The translations under genes were made by a program, and so were the position numbers. 64,000 bases of DNA, taken from positions 10,912,001-10,976,000 of the forward strand of contig JBHGNT010000016.1 in assembly GCA_043228905.1 (NCBI GenBank). Reading direction: 5' to 3'. The notes beneath the pieces were generated by a model. The model had not been told where the DNA came from. It saw nothing but the letters and a program-made list of their open reading frames with translations, and made no database searches. This DNA comes from Azolla caroliniana (Eukaryota; Plantae; Polypodiophyta). Of the stretch, positions 11,848-23,800 are shown piece by piece (within the stretch, counting starts at the first letter, position 1; every line of letters begins with the position of its first letter).

Positions 11848-13869
11848 ATGGAGAATCAACAAGAGGCGATGAACATGATGATGATAATGTTTGAGCGGAT
11901 GCAACAAGAACAACGTGCGATGTCGGAGATGAAGGCGGCAGTAGAGCGGCTTCTGCGACGAAACGGGGAATTCAACGGTAAGGGTGTGTCACGCTACCTA
12001 CGTGAATATAAGGCAGAGATGATGCAATATCGGATACCGAAAGGATTGCAAGTGATATCCTTTAGTCGGGTGGCCTCAGACGAACTACAAGAGAGAATCC
12101 ACAAGATACAACAACAAAACTCGACATGGGAGTCCTTTGAAGAAGCTTTACGGGAGGCATATGACTATGAGAGATGGACGGGACGAGATCGACGAGAATT
12201 CGACGAATGGGTGGCGTCGGAGAAGACTCACCGAAGTGCAACGCAAGCGTTCCTAGAGTTCGAGCATCGTTTTGCTCGACTCTCGGAGCGGGAACGAAGA
12301 TTGGTGGGAGAAGATAAAGTCCTAATGTTCGTAAAATCGATCGATCGAAAAGAAAGGATGGACATCGGGATCGAACTCGAAGACGATGAAGGTACGAATG
12401 GTCTTACCGAGGATTGGGCCAAAGTCGAAAGGGTATGCCGAAGACATGATGAAAGGAAGCTGAGAATCTCGTCAACAACGACATGGCCCATGAAGGATGG
12501 TCGATTGAGGAAAAACGATGAAGCCAATATGAAGGCCGAAATACAACATGATGGTACTACGGGAGAAAGAGTGGAACAAGACACCCACTCGTCTTGTGAA
12601 AGAACGATGGCGAAGGATAAGGCCGATAATTCAAGTGTAGAAGGAAATTTCGGGATACAAGTGCCCGAGACATCGGGTCAAAAAGGGGTAAGCATAATAG
12701 ATGTTTGCATAATTGATGCAGATAAAGAGTGTGAAGCGGATGTGATTAAGGAGGTAGCCACAAAAGACGAAATCGAATCGGAGGTGGCTATGGACGAATC
12801 AATGGCGGATTGCCATATCGAGACTTCCCCACCACTGATTCCAGAGACTCCGGCGGTTGCGATCGAAAGGCAACGTGAGACCGAAGAGACGGAAGGTGGC
12901 GGAGAGAAAACGAATGTCGAAGCCGACGAATACGATGAAGAGATAGCCGAGAAGAATGCTAAGGGTGAAACTACGAAAGAAGGTAATACCGAGGATTCAT
13001 GCCAACAATATCTAGAGACTTCGGCGGTTGTGTCCGAGAACCAACGTGAGACCGGAGAGACGAGAGATGGCGGCGAGGAAGGTAAAGTCGGAAGTCGGTT
13101 CGGATGGAAAATGATCCATCCGAAATTCCAATCTAAAAGAAAGTGCGACAATGCGGAGGTCGGGTCTACGACGGGAGAAGCGCGTAATACAGAGCACGCT
13201 CTACGGCGAATAAAGAAACGCGTGTTATGGCGAATAAAGAAGCACGCGCTACGGCGAGAAAAGAAGCATGCATTACAACCACACGAGGACCGAACAACGA
13301 GCACATATCGGAGGACCTACGTGGCGAACAACGGAAAGAAGTGCCGAAAGTCGAACCGGACAAGGCAGGTGAAAACGAAGAAAAGAAAGCAAATCTGGAC
13401 GAAAAGAAAAGAAAAGAAACCGACCCGAAAGAGCACTGAATCGGTAAAAACCGATCAACCGAGTCCAGATCGACCGAATACAAATAAAAAAGGAAGCCGA
13501 ACTAAACGAAAGACGATCCGACGAGACCGAATCGGAAGTAAGCTAATCCGACTAAACCGAAAATCCGAAAAGAAGTCGAGATTAATGAAGAAAAGAAAGA
13601 GGGCAAGAAAAGATACTACCACGGATGACAAGGACCAAGCGGGCCATGCAAAAAGCGAACGAAGACTATGGTGGATCGGATGTCGACAATGGTTCGGGTG
13701 GAAAGAATGGATGTGCTCCAAATGGAGAGACAAAGTCAACATAACAAGAGAAGTCGAGGGTACTACGAGCCGGCAACGAAACCAATCGGGTAGAGACCGG
13801 ACGGAGGAGACTAACAAACACCAACAACTTCGGCACATACCGGAGGATGTGCGGGTTTGGAGGGGGTGA
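11848..13869 (+). CDS. Intact ~673-aa Gag-derived protein with acidic, basic and Trp-rich C-terminal extension
   Basis: N-terminal ~210 aa align by eye with gag of the Trp-primed gypsy in this window (FNGKGVSRYLREYKAEM vs FSGKDATSYLEAYKSEM; FEHRFARLS vs FESRFARLS; GLTEDW vs GLTTDW). Open from first ATG to the PPT. Confidence 0.75.
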   Translation: MENQQEAMNMMMIMFERMQQEQRAMSEMKAAVERLLRRNGEFNGKGVSRYLREYKAEMMQYRIPKGLQVISFSRVASDELQERIHKIQQQNSTWESFEEALREAYDYERWTGRDRREFDEWVASEKTHRSATQAFLEFEHRFARLSERERRLVGEDKVLMFVKSIDRKERMDIGIELEDDEGTNGLTEDWAKVERVCRRHDERKLRISSTTTWPMKDGRLRKNDEANMKAEIQHDGTTGERVEQDTHSSCERTMAKDKADNSSVEGNFGIQVPETSGQKGVSIIDVCIIDADKECEADVIKEVATKDEIESEVAMDESMADCHIETSPPLIPETPAVAIERQRETEETEGGGEKTNVEADEYDEEIAEKNAKGETTKEGNTEDSCQQYLETSAVVSENQRETGETRDGGEEGKVGSRFGWKMIHPKFQSKRKCDNAEVGSTTGEARNTEHALRRIKKRVLWRIKKHALRREKKHALQPHEDRTTSTYRRTYVANNGKKCRKSNRTRQVKTKKRKQIWTKRKEKKPTRKSTESVKTDQPSPDRPNTNKKGSRTKRKTIRRDRIGSKLIRLNRKSEKKSRLMKKRKRARKDTTTDDKDQAGHAKSERRLWWIGCRQWFGWKEWMCSKWRDKVNITREVEGTTSRQRNQSGRDRTEETNKHQQLRHIPEDVRVWRG

Positions 13870-15999
13870 GTGTCGTAGTGTATTTTGTACACTACGTGAA
13901 AAACGTATATAGTATTAGATTCAATAAAAAATGAAGAAATAGAAGAAAATAGCAAAATAAATGGAACATGCATAGGGCAAGATTCAAACCTTGCACCTCC
14001 ATGTTAATAATGTAATGTCTTACCATTACACTAGCATTTCATTAGTGTTAAAGCATAGATGTCCCACATAGAAAGGTAAATTCACGCTAGGATAAACATT
14101 AGAAAAACGCATAACAAAAGAAAAAGCTACACATATACATCTAGCGTGCATGATAAAAAACGCACAAGTTAGAAAAAGCATGATCACTTTAGATAAAGCA
14201 TATAGTCTATCTATAGGAAAAGCATGGGGTCTATAGTTAGAGAAAAAGCATGGATTACTAAGACTTCCTCATCACTACATAAGGATGGGGAGCACAATGT
14301 AATTGTGTGTGAAAAATATTTGGAAACTAGATATGTTTCTAAAAAACACCAATTAATAAACTATACTCGTGGGATTCACGAGAATTCTACATCATTCTCT
14401 TTCAACCGAAGTTTATATTCTTATATTCATATTGATTAATCTAATACAATACACTCGTGGGATTCACGAGTTTGCTATAACTCTTTCTTATAACATATTT
14501 ATATTCTTATTAGCCTTAAAACTCTCCTCTTCCTAGTCCAAAACCCCAGCGGTTCCCACCCGACTCACGCAACGATCTGGCGCCGAAAGGCACGACAGCG
14601 CAACCGTCTTCTGCAGCCTCGACTGCCACGAAACAACTCCCCCTACATATGTCATTACATACCCGGATGTAGACCGGCTGGTATCCACATCAGCCGACAT
14701 GTCTGAATCTACTTCGGAGTCGGAGCTCGTATCCTTATCTTTCTGACGCGCCTCCTCATCTAGCAAGCTCGACTTCGCTCTTGCTAGGGATAACCGTTTC
14801 CCTTCCGGCCCGGCGTTGCCCAAAGTGACAACCAACGTCTCCTAGCTATCCGGGAGGGAACCGAGCAGGAGTAACGCTAGTACCTCATCGGCGAGAGGTT
14901 TTCCAATGATGTTGCCTGGTGTATCAGCCCCTAGAAGGCATTCATGTGCTCCGCCATGCTGGAGCCATCTTGGTACCAGAGTCTTACTAGCTTCCGGAAT
15001 ACCGAAACCTGATTAACAACATTTTTGTTTTGAAACATAATGCTGATCTTCTCCCAGAGCTCATGAGCCTTGCTCTCTTCATTGAAGTTGTTGTATAGGT
15101 TCATGTCGATGAAGCACCGTATGTACGCCGTTGTCTTCATGTGCATCACCTCCCATATCGTGGCGTCGATTTTGTCCGGTCTCTTGTCCCCGAACTGAAC
15201 CGGCAACCAAAGATCTTTAACTACGAGCATGTCCCTCATCTTCGACTTCCACACCGAATAGTTGGAGCCGGTGAGCTTGAACATGCCTCCCAACGAATCA
15301 TCCATTTTTTTGTGTTGCCTCGCTCTGATACCACTTTGACATGAACTACACGCTCTCGATGAACAACGCCCGGCCACAACCGAGCCTAGAATAAAACACA
15401 GAAAACAGGGAATGAAAGGTCAACACGATAGAGAGAAGTGTACAAGATGTTTACGTGGAAAACCCAAACACGAGAAAAACCACGACAGTCCACTGACTGC
15501 TACTTATCACTATATCACAATGATTACAATAGTGAGTTCACGGAGGCAACAACCTCGTGCTCACGATCTTCACCACAGGCGGCGGTTACAATAGAGGCAA
15601 CGACCTCTTCCTCTCTCTCTCTCTCTCTCTATACACTGTTACGCGCTCTCTAGTCTTTTGCACCAACAAGAATGACATCAACAATCTATATTCTCTGTTT
15701 GCCCTAAGTCATATTTATACTAATATGACTTTTTCGGCTATTTACAAATATAGCCCCGATGGACTCTCAGAAACATATTTACAAATATGTCCCTTCATCC
15801 GGCGAACAGTTCTCACCGGGCCTGCATCATTCGGCGCTTGCCGGGTACTCCTCATTCGGTTCACACCGGGTCTTCCTGGGTCGGGTACTCCTCATCCGGT
15901 TCTCACCGGGTCTTCATCATCCGGTTCTCACCGGGTCATCCGTAGCCGGGTACTCCTCATCCGGTTTTCACCCGAGTCTTCATCATCCGGTTCTCAGTC

Positions 16000-17018
16000 T
16001 TAGAGCCGATGTTCGGGCAAATGATTTGCATTATGTTTCTCAAATACATCGGAGAAGTCTTTATACTTTTCGGGAATAGTGTGGAGTGTGTTAGAAGTAG
16101 CTCCACAAACAACGAGCGGGTGATGAACTAAGGGTGGCATGGTTGAGTCGGAATCGACCATCTCCGGAGGATGTGAAACTGAATTAACCTTCATAGTTGT
16201 GTGCGAGCATCCTGGCTCGCTAATTGTGATCGAGTGATTGCACCAATCCACTATTGGATTGTGCGCCTCCAACCACGATAGTCCTAATCGGATGCCGAGG
16301 GGATGCGATGAGGTAAAAGGGGAGCCCACACGAAGCCCTAATGGGATTGTAGTCTCGGTAATTGGTCCTAACGAGAAGGCACACCCATCAATGGCTTCAA
16401 CAGGAATGGGTTTTGAGAGGCACATGATGGGTATCCCACGTGCTTGGGCAAATGCCTCATCGATGAAGCAAGAAGACGCTCCAGAATCAAGTAAAGCGAC
16501 AGACTGAATGGAACTGGAATTAAAAGAAAGACATACCTCCAATGTGAAATTTCTTGATGTTCTAGCAATGGAAACATGAGAATGTGGATGATGGGAGACG
16601 TCTAGCTACATGGCTCCTACTGCAACCGGACGATGTCGTTTTCCGGATGTTGGGGTTCGTTGGCTCGATGGAATGGTGGGCGATTACTCTTAGGACAATG
16701 GCGAAGGAGATGACCTGATGCACTGCAATATAGGCACAATCCATTAGCCCACCGAAATTGTCGTTCGCCATCAGTCAATGGCTGAAATCGAGCTTGATCA
16801 ATTTCCGTTGGTACTGGAGCATCTGCCAAAGTAGGGGAGCATGATGCCACTAGCGGGAGTGATACTAGGGGTTGTACAACTGGGGCGTGTCGTGGAAATG
16901 AATGAGTCGAACCCCAAGTCTGGCGCTCTTCCTTGCGAAATTCCAAAAGACGATTGTCACAATGGACTGCTTATGAAATCACTTGGGATAACGAGGTGGG
17001 CTTGGGAAAGTTCAAAAG
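16000..17018 (-). mobile_element. Tcn1-like Ty3/gypsy fragment (gag C-terminus, protease)
   Basis: CLYCSASGHLLRHC knuckle and ALLDSGASSCF protease; cut at 17018 by the next element. Confidence 0.88.
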
Positions 17019-20000
17019 TGTCATGGAAATGACAACAATCATGTCATGATTCAAACTCTTGACCTATTGTATTTAATCGATATGTTTTAACCAATACATC
17101 CAATACATAATCATGTTACTTTACTAGATTATTGTACATTATCTATTCTACATGTAGGATTTTAGAAGCTTCCAGAAAGCTCCAGAAGCTAGAACATTCT
17201 AGAAGCTTGTGCATGAAAATGAGTCTTTGCATGAGGCTACATTTAGAGCCCATAAACATCTATAAATACAAGGGTTCACCTTGGCCTTAGTCAAGGTGAA
17301 CAACGCCAATTATGGAATCATAATTCAGTTCTTGTTCTCTTGACTGCTTTCTCTCTCTCTCTCTCTTTCTTATTATCTTGTCTATGATCTCTCTCTCACT
17401 CTCTTAGTATTGAGCCTCGTCTACTTGTCCGTGACAGTTTGTTCACATTCCATCTCTAAAGCCTCATCATGTCAGGTTCTACCGAGAACATAAATCAACT
17501 ATTGGCAGCCATGCATCAACTTCAATTTGAAAGTTAGAATCTTCGGGAATCTCTCCAGAAACTCCAAGCTAGGACTCCAATGGAATTGGAGAATGAAGAA
17601 CCCAAGTGCCCTCCTACATCAAGGAATCTCCAATCTGTAGAGCTTGGCCCCTCGTCAATCCTCGCTCCAATTCCTCTTCACCCCACTTCAACTATAGAAC
17701 CCAATGTTAGTTTACCCGACAAGTTCGATGGCACAAGGGCGCGATTCCGGGGGTTCATAAATCAGATCAAGCTTATTATCTGGCTACAACCCCAAAGATA
17801 TGCGAATGATTTTTGCCGAGTTGGCCTCATTGGGACTCTCCTCTCAAGAGCTGCACAACGCTGGTTCGCACCTTTGGTCGAAACATCATCGCCACTTCTC
17901 GACAATTTTCCTGCTTTCCTAGAAGAGTTCGAGGCGACATTTGGGGATACGGATCGGCGTCGAACAAGCCTTGCCAAAATCTATTCATTACATCAAGGTA
18001 AGCGTCCAGTGTCTGTTTATGCATCTGAATTTAGACAATTGGCATGTGATGTTCAATGGGACGACCAAGCCCTTTGCGCCATTTTCATCGGGGCCTTGAA
18101 AGTGATGTTAAGAATCTACTACTAAACTTCTTGGAGCCGACTTCATTATCGCAAGCCATCAAGCAAGCAGTCAATTGTGACAACCGCCTTTTTGAACTTC
18201 GACAAGAGGAACGGGCGACTTCCAAGTTGTCGCCCTTTCTCCACGTTAGACCTATGGTACAACCCCAAGTGACTGCGAGATATTCTCCAACGACATCGTT
18301 CAATGATCCTATGGTGATGGAAATTGATTGAGCTCAAGCCCCACTCACCACAACCGAATGACACCATCGACGAACCAATGGGCTATGTCTATACTGTGGT
18401 GCCTCTACCCATCTAATTCATATTTGCCCACTCAAAAGTAATCTGCGACAAGTCTATCGGGACAATCCAATTAGTGGATCCTAGCATTCGGAAAATGATG
18501 ATGTCCAACTACAGTAGGAGCCATGCGGTTGGACAACAGACGTACATGTTGCTCCCAAAGTTCTACTAACGACTTTTCCTTCGAGGTAACTCTCTGTTTC
18601 CAATCTATTTCAATTCAGTCCTTAGTGCTACTCGATTCCGGGGCCACGACGTGTTTTATGGACGAAACGTTCGTTCGTAAACACAACTTTCCTGTTGTGT
18701 GATTGTCCAAGCCTATCCCAATCGAAGCTATCGATGGGCGAATGCTCTCCTCTAGCGCAGTCACCAAAGCCACGGTCCCCCTCATTTTGCAGCTCGGGAC
18801 CCATCAGGAAGCCTTATCATTTTACCTCATCACTTCACTGCGGCATCCAATCATACTTGGGTTGTCTTGGTTGAAAGTGAATGACCTTGTTATAGATTGA
18901 CACAACCACTCACTTACTTGTCAACCGCAAACACACATGGAGGTTGGAGCGGTTTCCAATGTCGTTGTGTCAAAATGGCCCAAATCGTTTTTTGTCGAGC
19001 ACTCCGCCATTCAACTCGGACCAATGCCCTCAGATGCTCATGCCCCAATCACAATGCACTCCATCTCAATGGGCAATAACGCAGAGTTGAGTACCCCAGC
19101 TTTGGTTCCTATGAAAGCCAATCTGGACTCGCTTCCATCCAAATATGGTGACTTTGCTTATGTGTTCGAGAAGAAGAATGCAGATCACTTACTGGAGCAT
19201 CAACCATAATGATTGTCTGATCGATCTACAGGAGGGCACATCTCCACCCTTTGGGCCCATCTATGGTCTTTCTAAACCAGAACTAGAGGCTCTTCGCACA
19301 TATCTCGATGAAAATTTGGAGAAGGGCTTCATCTAATCGTCTAAGTCACCAGTTGGGGCCCCCATCTTGTTTGTGAAGAAAAAGGATGGATCGTTGCGTC
19401 TATGTGTGGATTACCGTAGCCTCAATAAAATCACGGTACATAATCGATACCCTTTACCTCTCATCCTAGAGCTCCTCGATCTCCTTCGTTGTGCACAGGT
19501 CTTCTCCAAGATTGACTTGCGGGGGGAGCATACAACTTGGTATGGATTAAACTTGGTGATGAATGGAAGACTGCATTTCGTACGCGATACAGACACTTCA
19601 AGTACAGGGTAATGCCTTTTGGACTCACCAATGCTCCAACTTTTTTCAACATATGATGAACGACATATTTCGAGAATATCTCGATCACTTTGTCGTTATC
19701 TACCTTGATGACATTCTTGTCTTCTCGTCGAGCATTGAAGAGCATACTCACTACGTTCGATTGATTCTCTCAAACATCAGGGAGCATGGCCTCTATGCCA
19801 AGAGAGAAAAATGTGAGTTTGATTGCAATTCCATAGGATTTATTGGTTATGTTATCTCACCCCAGGGCATCACCATGGATCCAAGGAAAATCAAGACAAT
19901 TCAAGAATGGGCCACTCCAAAACGAGTAAAGGATGTCTAGTCGTTCCTTGGTTTCGCAAATTTCTATCGGCGATTTATCAAGGGGTTCTCTGTCACAGTC

Positions 20001-20222
20001 CAACCCTTGATTGAACTTACTCGTAAAGGGATGTCGTTTCAATGGACTCCGTCTACTCAACACGCCTTTGACCTACTCAAAGAAGTTTTTACCCGGGTTG
20101 TAGTCCTCCTTCACGTCGACCCTACTAAGTCTTTTCAAGTTGAAATAGATGCCTCTGACTTTGCCATTGGTGCCATCTTATCCCAACCCAATGATGATGG
20201 CATCCTACATCCGGTGGCGTAC

Positions 20223-20813
20223 TGTTGGGAATATGTCCCTCTAGTGGGAGGAAGAACCGACTGATCGGAAAGTCGACAATTGATGACAGGGAAGATCCGA
20301 TTGTTCGGAAAGCCGACAATCGAAGAGTCGAAAACAATGAGTCGACTGTTTGAAGATTTGACTATTATTATTATTACTATAATAATAATGATGATGTTAG
20401 GAAACAGGTCTCTCCGGATGGGGAGAGAGAGGAGCCGAGTTGATGAGGGACTCGACCGAGGCCGTTAGGCCGAGGCCGAAACCAGAAACGTGTAAATAGC
20501 CAACTCGGGAGACTATATTTGTAAATAGTCTAAGTGTGTGCCCCATGAGGGCTACGTATGTGAATGACCAAAAAGTTGCGTAAGTATATATGCAACTAGG
20601 GAAAACATGTTGTGTGTGGGGGGTGGAACAAAGAGTAAGAACAGAAATTGTAGTGTGCAGGAGAGAGAGAGTGTGTGTGTGTGAGCCGTGCCATAACTGT
20701 GTGAGTAACAACAGACGCGAAGAGCCCTGTGTGGCTGATACACTCGACAGAGTGTTGTATTCCTCTCGGTGTTGTATATCCACTTTGTATAGTGAAGAAA
20801 TTTGTTAACCCGT
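20223..20813 (+). mobile_element. Truncated Ty1/copia-family LTR
   Basis: Starts TGTTGGGAATATGTCCCTCTAGTGGGAGG; reverse-complement homolog of the copia LTR at 51973-52597 and related to 41556-42177. Confidence 0.85.
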
Positions 20814-23800
20814 TGTCGTGAAGATTCCGGGCCACAAGCAGAAACAAGGTGAAACGCGCAGGAACACCGGTATATGCAAGTGCACGCCTCGAGGGAATTA
20901 AATAGGATAAGTACTAGGCATGAGTATAAGGAGGGGTACTAGGTAGTTAGAGCATTAAAGAAGATATAGACATCGCATAAGTAGGGAGAGTTACAAGGAG
21001 AGAATCTAGGATGAAAAAGTGATGGGTCATGAATGCTTGTAACGGTCGCTCCTTGTGGTATAAAAGGGGCGACCTTTGACTGTCTTCGGGATGCCATCTA
21101 GAGGAAAGGATACATATAGAAAGACCGAGGACTGACCGCGGAAGAAGGCACTTCCCCTGCTCGCGTCAAACGCCCGAGTGCTCCTGACCTGGGGATCGAC
21201 CTTTTGTGCACTGACGTCTCTTTGTGCCTGGCTATTTGCCAAGCTCCGCGCTCCATCACCAGCTCTGATCCGGCTGTAACCACTCACAACACCATGCACC
21301 TGTGTTTTAATAGAACTCTTTCTACCTAACATACTTTGTTCTCAGTGTTTTCGTCCGTGTCCGTGTCTACGCGTGACACTCTTACTCTCTCTCGTTCGCT
21401 AGACTTACCCGCTCTCCCGTGGTCTCAAGACCTACGCGATCCCCAAACTCCTCCCTCCTCGTTTTCTTGATTCCTTGGTTCAAGACCCCCGTGGTCCTGT
21501 CCGACTTCTACGCATCCACGAGGATAACCTCGACATCTTTGGAGAACCCGACGTGAAGAAGGGCGGCAAAGGAATCTGGAGATGAGAGGAAGCGAACTTG
21601 CAGAAGCGATGGCGGTGGCGGTAGACCGCCTGGTTAGTGCTCACGAGGGCGCGAGTGCCCTCAACCGGGCTATAGAGGCAACAATGGGCAAGATAGGCCG
21701 GTTCGGCAAAAAGGACGCCACGCGAGCTACTTAGAGGCCTACAAATCTTAAATGCAGATGAGGAACATACCCGAAGATAGACGACTAGCGGAGTTTCCCC
21801 GGGTCGTAACACCACACATCCATACAAAGATGTTCAAGATACAAGCGGGTTGCCACGATTGGGCAGAGTTCACAGAGGAAGTTCTCGAGAGGTACAACTA
21901 CGATGATTCGCTCCGGCTATCGAGAAAGGATTTTATGGACTGGGTCAACAGCCCCGACAAGGGTCAGAACGCTTCTGCACTCCTCCAGGAGTTTGAGTCA
22001 CGGTTCGCACGACTCTCTAGGTTGGACCAAACCATGCTGGAAACGAGCAAGGTTCTATTTTTTGTCACTTCGTTCGACTCACGCGTCCGGGAAAGTGTGG
22101 GTCTTCTTCTAGAAACCAACCGAGGCCTCACGACTGACTGGGCGACCGTCAAGGAAGTAAGCAGTAGGATTGACAAACGCCGGAACTTGAAAGAAGAGGG
22201 GTCCTCGTCGGTCGGACCGGCTATCGAAATCAGGGCCAAACCAACGCCGACCCGAATGGAAGAAACAAGGAGGTGGCTCGAGCTAGGCCCACCCCCAGTG
22301 AACATAGTCACGGGACTTGCAGGTGGCGCCGGACTAGAAGAACTGACAAGGATGGTGCACGACCTCCAGATCGCCTAGGCCCGACGAAGTGACGAAGGTT
22401 AGCCGCGCGACCGGCGACCACCGGCCAATCAGAGGTGTGTATGGTGCAATGCCACCGGACATGCCTGGAGAGAATGCGCTGACTTCGGAGAAGCGCTCAG
22501 GAGTAATGTAGTCTACCTTTCGAACGACAGGGTACATGTGAGCGACACACGGAGATTGCTCGACACGAATTTCGGACGAGGTGGCATGAAGAGGCTAATG
22601 GAAGAAGCCGCGGCCCGGTACGTCGAAGCCGTCCACTATTCGGCTTCGGCCGGCATACGCGTAGGGGAGAAGGCGACCGAACCCGATTCCAAATCTGGGT
22701 TCTGGCCGGTCGTTCTCGAGACCTTGTCCGGAGGAAGGCTGTAGAGGGAGGAAGCGGAGCACGCAGAAGAACGTGTTCGCGGAGTTACCGGGTGGAGCGA
22801 CCCCGTTGAAGAAAGCACCGGCTTTGTGGAGGCCGCGTGCAGGAACTACGAAGCCCTGATCGACGAATGGCGAACAGGAAAAACCAGGGGAGCGGGCCCA
22901 TCGGGGAGGCATGACACACGAAGCGCAACCAAAAAGCACGATGCCGCTCCGACCGGATCCCAGGAGAAGGATTCTGAGCTTCCACTTAAACTCGGATATA
23001 GAGAAAACAACGAACCTACAAAAGGTTCTAGAGGAGCGAGTTCTCGACAGTCGCATAGAACTCACGCTTAGGGAAGTGCTCGGCATAGCAAGAAGGGAGT
23101 TCCACGACAACATCGTGGACCTCGTGAAGAGGAAGCGTCTCGCAACGGAACCGGAGCCCGAGAAGCCGTTTGAGGTAAGGGCAACACTCCTTGATGAGGT
23201 AGTCGTGGAAGACAAGCTCGTGGAGAACCACTACGCCAAACCGCATTGGGCAAGAGCTACTACAGAAACCCCGGTTCGTATTGGGAATGTCAAGGAACCG
23301 GTGGTGGCGTTAATCGACCACGGGTCGGAAATTAACCTGATGTCCATGGACTTCTACAAAAAGGGGAATTGGCCGATCAATACCAAACATGGGTGGAAGA
23401 TACGCGCAGCTACAAGAGCCACAGAAGAGCTACACAGGGCTTGCCCGAACGTCAGGGTGAGCGTCGGGGACGTCGACATAAACCAACACTTTTTCGTGCA
23501 AGAGACGTCCTCTCACCCAGTCATCCTTGGGGAACCATACATCACAATGGCTAGAATGGAAACGAAAGTGCTGGACAATGGTTCAGCCTACGCGAGGGTA
23601 AAAAGTTAGGACGTCCGTCACTCCGTTCAATTTTTGACCGTTCGGAAGAACCACGAACGAAATCGGGACACCCTCGAAAATGATAACAAGCCGGATTTTT
23701 AAAAAGGGCTATCAAGGCGTGGGGCAGCGAGAATCTGGATAACCGGAAAGCTCCCCACACCTGTAAAATAGGTAGGAAAGTTTTGTTCTCCGACAATGGA

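Larger units (their letters stand above)
11083..14597 (+). mobile_element. Young non-autonomous Gag-only LTR retrotransposon (TR-GAG-like), tRNA-Trp PBS, 4-bp TSD GCGC
   Basis: 727-bp LTRs at 11083-11809 and 13871-14597 (TGTCGT...ACGACA; only two substitutions seen by eye); TSD GCGC at 11079-11082 and 14598-14601; PBS TGGTGAACCCGACGTGA at 11814-11830; PPT GGAGGGGGTGAG; no pol. Confidence 0.95.
9875..16000 (-). mobile_element. Internally deleted Ty1/copia (LTRs 9875-10734 and 15337-~16000; gag fragment joined to RNase H), host of the 11083-14597 insertion
   Basis: PBS TGGTATCAGAGC (tRNA-iMet) at 15322-15333, PPT at 10735-10751, copia gag KLTGSNYSVWKSKM, RNase H STSGYV..VSWQSRLQ..HSRTKHIQRRYHWIRE. 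Paired LTRs, the 5' one truncated at its outer end. Confidence 0.92.

Noticed and set aside
20435-20510. Hammerhead-ribozyme-like string TTGATGAG...GGCCGTTAGGCC...CGAAAC in a copia LTR
   Set aside because: Core has U instead of C3, stem III and the cleavage-site geometry do not form properly, and the homologous LTR at ~52370 lacks the segment.
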